The notes beneath the pieces were generated by a model. It was not told the origin of the DNA. It worked only from the letters and a program-made list of their open reading frames with translations, and did no database searches. The position numbers and the translations under genes were made by a program. 64,000 nucleotides of DNA, taken from positions 1 through 64,000 of the forward strand of contig CBFFRQ010000020.1 of the NCBI GenBank assembly GCA_965644315.1. The letters are read 5' to 3'. The DNA is from Caecitellus pseudoparvulus. Its lineage: Eukaryota; Protista; Bigyra: Bicosoecida. Positions 54,301 to 64,000 of the stretch are shown piece after piece (within the stretch, counting starts at the first letter, position 1; the number at the start of each line of letters is the position of its first letter).

Positions 54301-57300
54301 AGACGGGCAAAAGTACCGACACTATGGAGAGTATGGTGGCATCGTGTACAACTACGATGAGAGCGTCGTGCGCGTGTTTGCGCCAGACGCTCGCCACCAC
54401 GAGTCCCTCAGTCTGAGGGGCCACGCGATTCACATCCCAAGCGGGTATCCGTCTGTGAACAGGCAGACCTCTCGCTTCGCTTCAGTCAGGGTGCAAGCTT
54501 GGACTGGTGAGGTCCGCGAGCGTCCTGACTTTGCTACGAATGAGCAAGACATGACCTTCGTCCGCCACTCAACCATGTACCACGAACAGCCAGTGGCCCT
54601 ACTCGCTCATCGTCCGCCAGCTCGGTTCACGGCAATCGCTTTCATCGACAACTACGGCTCCTCTGTAGGCCGCGCACCGCTTGTTGGCATGCACGGCAAC
54701 TTGGCATACTCCTATTGGAGCGCCTATTCCGGTATCGCTTGGGCGTACAATCGTCAAGGTGTGCGTGCTTGGGGTCCATCTCCAGATTTGACCAGGTCGG
54801 AATGGCGCAGTACGAACCACGTGCCCTCCCGCGCAAGTGATGGGTGGGGCGGTGAAGCAGGGACTTGGTATAAGAGTTACGCGCGCACTCAGTTCACCAC
54901 GTGGGGCTCACCACAGTCAGTGCAAGATTCGACTGCAGTGACAGTGCATGTGTCTGACCTGCAGGAGCCACCTGTGACCATCAACACGAAGTTCTCAATC
55001 GAGGAGGACGTGTCTGAACGCAATGCGTCGCTGGGCTACTGCGTTGGCCAGGTCATTGCAGCAGATGACGACGCCGGAGACGTCTTGTCCTTCTCTATCT
55101 TGAAAGGCAACACCCGAGGCGCGTGGTCTGTGAACTCTACCGCCCACGTCTGTGTCGCCAACCCGTCTGCCATTAACTTTGAGGAGACGCCGTATTTTGT
55201 GCTTGCCGTGTCGGTAGATGACGGCATTTTCAGCAACCTTGCGATCGTGGAAATCGAAGTCTTGAATCGCAATGACCAAGTGCACGTGTATCCGAAGAAC
55301 CTCACAGTGCCTGAGAACGTCCGAGAAAACACAATTCTGCTGGCAGCAGACCCAAGCGACCCGAACGAGAATGTGCCCTCATTCGATGAAGACCTTGACC
55401 AGGCTATCTTCTACTCCATTGTCGGGGGCAATGATGACGGCGCCTTCTCCATCAACGCCTGCTCGGGACAGGTGCGCGTGAATCAGAGTGATCTCGAACT
55501 TTGAGGCGCCAGAACTTCTACAACCTCACCATCCGCGTGGAGGATGACGGCTCTCCCTTCACATGGGACGAATCTTGGACCACTATCCATGTGACCAACC
55601 GCAACGACCCACCAACGTTGCTGCAGTCCACCGTGGTCAGTGGGTGAGGAATGCCCAATGGCAGGGTGATCTGGTTGGGCCTGCTGGATGCTCGATGATG
55701 AAGACAATGATCCGCTGTTCTTCAACAGTCCTGCGACGGCGATCCCCTGAACAACTTCACGGTGCCGCTACCACTCGCCAGCACCCTGTTCATGGGCGGA
55801 CCACGCTATGGCGTGTTCATCTCGAATGACTCCATCAGCTGGGGTGACGGCACCGGCCGCGAGGATACAGGTTTCACGTGTCCCAACGGTTGCGTGAATG
55901 AGACACGCTTTGCGCTGAGTTTCGAGGCGCCTGAGCTACCCACTCTGAGCGGGGCAACGAAGGGCCGCAATCTGCAGATCCGGGTGCAGGACCTCGAAAC
56001 AATCACTGTCAACTTCCCCAACCACGCCACGACACAATTCGTCACCGTGGCTGTGGAGGACCGAAATGACCCCCCCTTCTTCGACGCCATCACACGCTCA
56101 GTCCCGGAAAACTCGCTGACAGGCACTTCGTGCAGCGCCTCCCTCACTGACTGCTCCAACGACAAACCCTGTGTGCGTGATGAAGATGCTGACGACTCCG
56201 GCAGCTTGGCCTTTTCCATGGCCCCCGACTCCGTGGGTCAGGTCCCGTTCAATGTTCTGCCGAGCGGGGTGATCCAGGTTAACTTGGGTGCTTCTCCGAC
56301 CACGTGGCTGGACTACGAGAGCACGAGTGTGTTCACGTTCAACGTCACAGTCACGGACGGGGGAGGTCCAGAGGGGCCTGGCCAGGCTTACAACCGCACT
56401 GAGTCGGTGAGCGTCGCGTTGACCAATGTGGCCGAGCCACCCGAGGTTATGCTCGTCCAGTCTTTTAACGTTAGTGAGTTGGCTTCGCTTGGGACCATCA
56501 TTGGATACCTGAATGCGACTGATCCAGACGAGGGCGACGAAGTCACATATGACATCCGAACCGGGAACACTCAGGGATGGTTTGACGTCGTAGGTGCAGA
56601 TGGAGCCATCACGGTTGTCGAAACGCTGGATTTCGAGACAGCTCCAGTGCAGGAACTGTTTGTGTTTGCTACAGACGGGACGTTGGAAACACCCCAAATC
56701 AACGTGACTGTGACTCTCATTGATGAGAATGACCCCCCTCTCTTCCAGTGCACTCTCGAGGATGTCTTTGATTTCACCGTGGAGGAAGACACGAACGCCG
56801 TGCTGGGCTACGTGAATGGTGCCAATGAGATTAGCTCCGGATTCGAGTCTGCTGTCTACGATCTGCGCTCCGGCATCAACGATTTCTCCTTCCAGGATTG
56901 CCTTGAATCCTGTGCCTCCACGACGGACTTCACTTGCGTGGCAGCGACATACTTTGCTGGAACGGGGCCGAAAGTGTACCCACAAGCCTCCTTCCACGGC
57001 GACTGCTTCGGGCGAACTGCGTTCCAAAACATCAGGGTGACTGATCCCATTGCCCAACGCGGCGCATTCTCTATGTTCAAAGTTCCGCTCTGTGAGGAGG
57101 CGCAGGCGCTTCCGGAGCATCCACCGAAGGGAACTGTACTAGCCAATATTACTGCGGTGGACCTGGACAGTGACACTGCGGTGCTGTCGATCCCACTGGA
57201 GAACAACCCAGGCTGGGCTGTCGAGGTCAATGGAACTGAGGTTGTTGTGAACAACTCTGCCGCGTTTGACTATGAAACGCAGCCTGAGATGTTGCTGCAG

Positions 57301-60300
57301 GTTGCCGTGTTCGATGGCACTTCCTCGGCCTTCACCTGGGTGCGGGCCACGCTGGTGGACGTGAACGAGGCCCCGACATTCGTAGGAGACAACTCAACAT
57401 ACTCCTTCGCTGTCGCTGAACTTGACGGGCCAGGAACGCTCGTTGGGCGACTGTCTGCGACCGATCCTGATGCATCCTATTCGCTGGACTATTCCATCAT
57501 TGGCGGCAACGACAAGAACACTTTCCGGGTGGTCCGCGAAGGGGTGCTCGGGGACACGGCACGCCTCGAATTGAACCGCACCATCCAAAGCAACGAAGCT
57601 GACGTTGATGGAGCTGACTACACGCTTGTCCTTGAAGTGTCAGACGGCGACTTGGCCAATGTGGTGGAGGTGTACGTGAACATCAACGCCACCAACACCG
57701 CCCCCATGCTCAGTGGCGTGGCAACTACCCGTACAATCCCCGAACACTCTGCACCGGGCACTGTCGTGGGTGCGCCCGTCAATGTTACTGATAACGAAGG
57801 TGACCAGGTCACGTTCACAATCATCAGCACCACCCCCACAATTCCTGGTGCAGCAGGCCAGCCGGTGTTTGACTTTGTTGAGACGTCACCTGGCCTGTGG
57901 AACTTGGTCGTCGCACAGGCACCCCCGCGAGGGGCTCTGAATTTCGAGTGCGACCGCACAGATCCTTTGCCAGGCTGTGCTGCAGGTCTTTTCCATACGT
58001 ATAACGTCTCGTTCACCGTGTCTGACTGGGGCACGGGCAACCGCTCCGTGGACGCCTCCTTGACGGTGTCCGTCACTGATGTTGATGACACACCAGAAGC
58101 GCCGTCTACGATGGTTTTCTCCGTGCCTGAACTGTCCAATCTGGGGCGGGGACTGACGGACATGAGCGGTTCGCTGTCCAACCCATCTGCAGGCCTGGGT
58201 GGCTTGCGGGATGTGTATGACGACGACAAGGATCCCTTGACCTTTACTCTCAGTGGGCCTGACTCGGCGGCCTTTGCCGTGGCCGCCGGGAATGGTGACT
58301 TGGTGGAGAGCTCTGGGAACATCAGCGACCCGTCCTTCCTGAACCAGTACCCGCTTGGACAAACGCCTGACCTGACCGTGGCTGCTGAGCTTGACTTCGA
58401 AGTCAAGTCCCTGTACACATTCACCTTGTCAGTGTCAGACGGGGCGACCACTTTGAACGTCGCAGTGACGGTGAACGTTACAGACGTGCTGGAAGCACCT
58501 GTTGTGGACTCTGGCTTGGCTGACCCCGCGACCTTCCTGGCGACTGTGCCTGAGAACTCTCCTCAAGGCACTCTGGCGGGCATGATCACAGCAAGCGACC
58601 CAGACGGAGACTATCTGTACTACGTCATCACTGGGGTCAGCTTCCTGTTCCAGGCCGGCTGCCCAGCTGGGTCTGAGTGCCAGGAGGAGGAATCCGCTGG
58701 GCAGTTCCTGGAGACTTTCTACACTGAGCCGGTGGCAGTGAATGACACGTTTGGGCCGCACGATGCCCAAAACGCCAGTCTCTTCCTCCGCGCGCCCCAA
58801 CCAGGGGTGGGCACCAGTGTTCTGGACTATGAAAACCGCCTGTTCTACCGAGTCAGCATCGAAGTTGCCGACAGGCCTCTTGGCGCTCCCGGGCGCCTCA
58901 GCTCCATGGCGTACCTGAACGTCACAGTGTTGGACGTGAACGACATCGCCATCGACGCTGTGCGCATGACCCGAAGCAATGGTGCGGGTGGGTTTGTTCC
59001 AACAGATGGATTGCGAACAGTGGGAGGGCTCGACTTCATCGAAGTGCTTGGGCGGGGCATTCGGCATGAGAAGCCTGGCCCCGTGCCACCAGTCATCTCC
59101 CTGGAGTACGGCTGCGAAGATGAAGTTGCCGTGACACCCACATCCCCTGGCGATGATACCATTAACACCACTTGTGCATACACGGCCACAGGGTGTGTCA
59201 TGGACTCTGTCGTGGACATTCGCTGCGCGGCAGTGCCAGGGTCTGGGGCGGGTCACCGCATCCGCATCACCGTGGATGGCCAGGTGCGCCACAGCACGCC
59301 CTCCATCCACTCGCCCACGACACCCCAGCTCGTGTCCTACCTGCCTCCCCGAGTCACTGACGTTTCTGCCCCCTCTCCACTGGCCACAGCTGGGGGGCAG
59401 TCCATCGTGGTTACCGGCTCCAACTTTGGGCCATCAGGGACGGAGCCAGTCTCTGCGACGTATGCCAACGGCATTCTCATGTTCGCCGCCACGTCTTGCT
59501 CCGTGGACAGCCACACGCAGATAACTTGCCAGAGCGTGGCTGGAGTGGGCACTGCCTTCCTCACGGCTGTCTCTGTGGATGGCCAAGCGTCAACCTCCGC
59601 CGCGTCGTTGCGAGCAGAGGCGGCAGGGAACCCCACATTCGCTGCGACGCTGCAGGCGATGCAGCTGAACTATGCCGCGCCAGTGGTCTCAGGTGTCACT
59701 GCGGCAAGCCAGCAGCACACCCAGCCAACATCTGGCAGCGGTGCGGTGCGCAACATCGCGCTGACTGGCAATTCCTTCGGGCCAGGCTCGGCAGCGCTGA
59801 TCGCAACTGCCATGGACCCAGGAGCCACGTTGCCCCAAGTGCAGGCCTACGCCTCCTTTGTGGGGGAGCTGAGAAACGCGAGGTTTTGGCTGCGATCCTC
59901 CGATTGCCAGCATGCTTCGGACAACCTAGTCGAGTGCAGCACTCCGCCTGGGGCGGGCAGCAACTTCACCTGGCGCTTGACGACGGGCGAGCAGACATCT
60001 GCGTGGTCCAGCGCATCTCAGCAGACGGGGTACGCTGCGCCTGAAATCACCTCAGTCTTCGGCGAGGGCGTTGAAGAGGGGCCCACAGCGGGTGGCTCGC
60101 GTGTCTCGGTGCAAGGCGTGAACCTGGGCCCTGCCTTCTTGCTGTCCAAGCTGGACGAGAGTGGCTCCGAGCTCCCGGCCTTTTCGCCCATCGCAGCGGT
60201 GGACTCACTCCTGTACACTTCTCCCTTCTCAGTACTTGCCAACCACACGTACGCAGCCTCTAACTGTGCAGTTCGCACAGCGCATTCCCTGATTGACTGT

Positions 60301-63300
60301 GTCACGGCTCCAGGCACCGGTGAAGGGCATCGATGGACGCTCACTGTCGGGGACCAGGCATCTGCCCAGTTCATTCCTCCTGAGAATACTTCATACGCCA
60401 AGCCCTTCATCACGGAGACACTTGGCGCTGCTGGAACCGGTGCCGAGACGCGCGGTGGGCAGACTGTCGTGTTGAGGGGGAGCAACTTGGGCCAGTTCCA
60501 AGTGGCCATTCAACGTGTGGTGCTGCAGGGCTACGACTACGGTGACAAGTCTGGGCCACTGAGAGCGTACGACTTCACGGCCAACTGCGTGCTATCAGTT
60601 GCCCACGTGGAGCTGACGTGCACGACGCCAGAAGGTGCCGGCTCCTTCATGAGCTTCGACGTCGTCGTGGATGGTCTGCAGTCAGAGCCCGCCTCCACCC
60701 GGTATTTGCAGCCTCACCTGGATGCCGTGCAGACTGCTGATCCTGCGGCAGGGGAAGCGGCTCGCAACGTGACTCCGAGCACCCTGCACACACGTGGTGG
60801 GGATGTTTTCTCGGTGCAGGGCTTGAACTTCGCAGAGAACATCACGTACGTCACCTCCATGACCTACTCTGGGTCCTACAGTGTGCCGGCCGTCTCAGGT
60901 GGAGGCACTCGCCAAGTGCTCAAGGAGGTCGTCAGCAGCTGCAACATGACTGCAGCGCACTACGAACTGCAGTGTGTGACACTGCCAGGCGTAGGGGCGG
61001 GTCTCCAGGTAAACATGCTCGTGGCGGGACAAGGCAGAGACTCTGAGAGCATTGACATGCCTCCAGTCTCGTACGCGCCCCCTGACATGCTAACCATGCT
61101 GCCTTCCTTTGCTGCCAGCCAGGTTTCTTCGCGTGACTTCCGCCTCCGCGCTTCCTCGGCGACCACTAGAAATGTCGCCACGCTTCCGACTCTCGCAGCC
61201 AGTCAGCGGTTGACTGTGCGCCTCGTTGGGACAAATTTTGGGTCTGCTGCGGAAGGTCTCACCGTCCATGCGCAAGTGTCCAACTACGAAGTCGGCTCAC
61301 CTGCCGCTGTGAATGTGCCTTTCACTGAAGGAAATTGTTTTGAAGCCTTCGACCGCTTGACTGGGACAGGTGGTACGCAGTGGTACAGCAGCGGCTTCCC
61401 GCTGGCTGACCTGGAGCAGGCATACGTCACGGCCGTTGGGTCCCCTCTCGCAGTGGATACAGCAGGCCAGTCGGTGCCGCAGGAGGAGCAGTCCAGGTCG
61501 GCTCCCTACTGCATCGACTTCATCCCGCCGGTTGAGAACCATGAATCTCTACGACTGACGGTGGAAGTTGGAGGACAGACATCGGCATCTGAACTTGAGC
61601 TATCCTTTGCCCGCCCACACGTCGGCGACGTCATCGTGGCGGTGTCTGAAGAGTCTGAGATCGGACCCTTTGTCGCCAACAGGTCTCGATCAGCAGCCTT
61701 TGTTCCCGTTACTCCAGCACTGGATGTGCAAGAGGAGCTCCAGGGCTGGCGCATGTTGAAGCTGGAAGGCCTGGACTTCGGCACAAGCGGTGCTGTTGTT
61801 GTGCAGTACGTGGACCTGGTCGGCAACGGCACAGGCTCGGCTGATGCTGAAATCAACAGCACGCTGTACTCGACACATGGCATCTTGACGAAGTACGTGG
61901 AAGAAATGCGTGCTGCAGGCCACTGCTGTGCTACTGCTGCGGCTGACCTCGTCGCAAGTTGCCTGGAGGAGTGCTTGCGAGTGGACTTGACCAGTGTCCT
62001 GGGTGGTGGCTTCTATGACCGCAACTTGGGCGCAGCGCCACGCAGTGTGCGCAGGGAAACCACTCTGTGCCGCTCTGATGTTGACATCGTTGCAGACTCC
62101 ATCGTGGACCCAGCTTTCTACTTCAGGCCTGAGCTGCAGTTCCACTACCGCCACGACAGTATCCGGTGCCTGCTGCCGCCTGCGGGTGGCCGGGAGATCA
62201 CCGCTGCGGTGGGTGTGCTTGTGGCTGGAGGGCGGTTCCACGCACACTCCAACGTCATGGACTTCTCACAGCTCAGCCCCCGCATCCTGGAAGTGCGCAG
62301 CACTGCGACATTCACAGCAGGGGATGCATACCGCACCACGGGTGGACAGACCCTGCGATTATTGGTGGAGTATGCCGGCACTGTGGACCGCAATGTCACC
62401 CGAATTGAAGTGGGTGAAGAGGGCGTTCCTCCAGGTGAGCAGCGCATGCCCAACACCTTGTGCCCGATTGACTGGTCAGACTCCCAAGCTTTCCTAGAGC
62501 TGGACGACAATGGCGACCCCTGTGGCAGCAGCTGCATTCGATCTCGGGAGTTGGCTGTGCTTACCTGCTTGATGCCCCCAGGTGAGGGTACACAGGTGCC
62601 CATCCGTGTGTTCCGCGGTGACCGCGCTTCAGACAACGCCGAGTTTGTGACATTCTTGCCGCCCACTGTGGATTCCATCATCCCATTCGCTGGCAGGCGC
62701 TTGCAGGCTGGGCTGCCCGCCTTTGGCACTGAGGGCGGGCAGCTTGCTTGGCTGCAAGGGTACAACCTGGGCATCTTGGACCGCGCTGTGAACTTCACTT
62801 TCGCGTCACCGTCCATGCCACTGGCTGGGTACACCGATACGACTCCCCAGACGAACTTGAGCGCGGGGGTGCAGCTTGTGCCGCGCGGGCCTGGCCTGCA
62901 ACCGTGGGAGCGAGTGCTCATTTCCATTCCAGCCAATGGTGTCGGGCAAGATCACCACGTGTGTGTGACGGTCGCCGGCCAGGCTGCATGCTCGCCAACA
63001 GGCGTCTTTTCGTACGCTGCGCCGGAAGTCACGCGCACCGTGAACTTTGCCTCCATCAGCACCCGGGGCTCCAATGGCAAGCTTTGGATCATCGGCAGCA
63101 ACTTTGGGCCCGCCTTCATCCCAGGCGTGACTTCATTTTCCCTGCCTGGAGTCAACTACGAGCTGCACGAGGCGGATTGGAACCACACACACATCGCGTT
63201 GACCATCCTTCCCTCGAACGGCGGCCTGCGCATGGACATGTCATTCACAGTGGAGGGGCAGACGTGGCGGTCTGCCGATGTGGGGGGCATCCCTCCCAGC

Positions 63301-64000
63301 GGCCCGCCCGTTGTGGGTGACCTCACCCTCGTCAACTTTGCCCAGCCAGCGGTGAACCAGAGCACGACGGACCCCCTTGTGAACATTCCCACACGGGGGG
63401 GCATGAATGTGACCATCCGGGGCACGAACTTCGGCTTGGCGCCGTACGTGGAGCTTGGAGGGGTGCGCACGACACCTGTGGAGTCCGATCACGAATTCCT
63501 TACGTTTGTGGTGCCCGAGTCTGTTGGCTCTTACGATGTGGTTGTGTTCGCAAACAACCAGCCCATCAGCACCCCGTTGCGCCTGGAGTACGCCGCTCCC
63601 TCGCTGTCCTCCATCAGGGTGCTGCGAGGTTGCCAGCAGCGCTGTGGCGACATTGTCATCGGTGGGCAGGAGAGCACGGGCCTGTACACGACGCCTTGCG
63701 AAGAGGACAGCGTCTTTGGCGGCACCGCAAACGTCGAACCGTACAGCGTGTGGACCAACCGTGTCACTGCGGATACTCCTGAGTGGGACAGAGTGCGCCG
63801 CTGTGCACAGCCGGACCGAGTGGAACTGCGGGGCGCGAACTTCGGCTCCCCCACTGATGGAGCACACGTTGTCTTCAATGGCCAGCGCATCACTGCTCGT
63901 TGCGACAGCATCGACACGCCTGGCTCGCAGTTCAAGCCCCTGGTTCCTTGCCTCATGGACGTGCTTCCGTCCGAGGAGCACGACCTCGTGAAGATCCGCG
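48338..64000 (+). CDS. Giant cadherin/lectin/IPT surface protein, paralogue B (3' end beyond window; apparent frameshifts at ~55495-55740)
   Basis: Signal peptide MRLASRLFLLLCGAVSLLSSQA; introns 48507-48576 and 48649-48794. The ORF runs to 55504. After an indel patch, frame 1 reads open from 55711; the ORF track shows no terminated ORF in that frame, consistent with no stop before 64000. Module order matches paralogue A: LamG, CGDG..ACDDGN repeat, ILEI-like, DSGW repeats, 11 cadherin repeats, PAN, then GxNFGP IPT repeats. Confidence 0.85.
55495..55740 (+). other. Cluster of ~7 single-base indels disrupting cadherin repeats 3-4 of paralogue B (probable sequencing/assembly error)
   Basis: Removing single extra bases restores canonical cadherin text. 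GATCTC[g]AACTTTGAG[g]CGCCAGAACTTCTAC gives DLNFERQNFY. GATGCT[c]GATGATGAAGACAATGATCCGCTGTTCTTC[a]ACAGTCCTG[c]GACGGC gives DADDEDNDPLFFTVLDG. Confidence 0.75.

Noticed and set aside
55502-55504. TGA as the true end of a 2279-aa protein, or a selenocysteine/readthrough codon
   Set aside because: Cadherin homology continues in a different frame after single-base shifts, so readthrough would not restore it; indels explain the break.
27953-64000. Giant genes as a bacterial or viral insertion (lower GC, huge exons, Myxococcus-type Cys repeat)
   Set aside because: Both genes carry spliceosomal introns of the host type, gene A has the stramenopile-type 9-TM end, and there is no integrase, terminal repeat or viral core gene.

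Overview
GC-rich, very compact eukaryotic genomic DNA. It has short GT-AG introns of 61-163 nt, mostly with GTGCGY donors and C-rich acceptors. Genes mostly sit in head-to-head pairs, and convergent gaps are tiny or overlapping. Gene content (CFAP91, katanin p80 C-terminal protein, 9-TM cadherin) suggests a flagellated stramenopile-like protist; this is an inference. The first 28 kb hold 14 genes: ankyrin-repeat protein, AVT1-like amino-acid transporter, MFSD6-like MFS transporter, signal-peptide GT41/OGT-like glycosyltransferase, an H2A+H2B doublet histone-fold/SUMO-like fusion protein, FAAL-ACP, MoaC, GPATCH3-like, vanin/biotinidase-like, katanin con80, CsgA-like SDR, NHL-IQ-single-alpha-helix protein, AIG1/rolling-stone-like membrane protein and CFAP91. 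The last 36 kb are two divergently transcribed, colinear giant paralogues. Each has LamG/lectin modules, 11 cadherin repeats carrying nested inserted domains, and many IPT/TIG repeats. The complete one (~6,577 aa) ends in a 9-TM domain, i.e. a Nonagonal-type cadherin. The second runs off the window and contains a ~250-bp patch of indels that is most likely an assembly error. The most notable items are the histone-doublet/UBL fusion and the paired giant cadherin-lectin receptors. All homology calls were made by eye from motifs; no searches were run.
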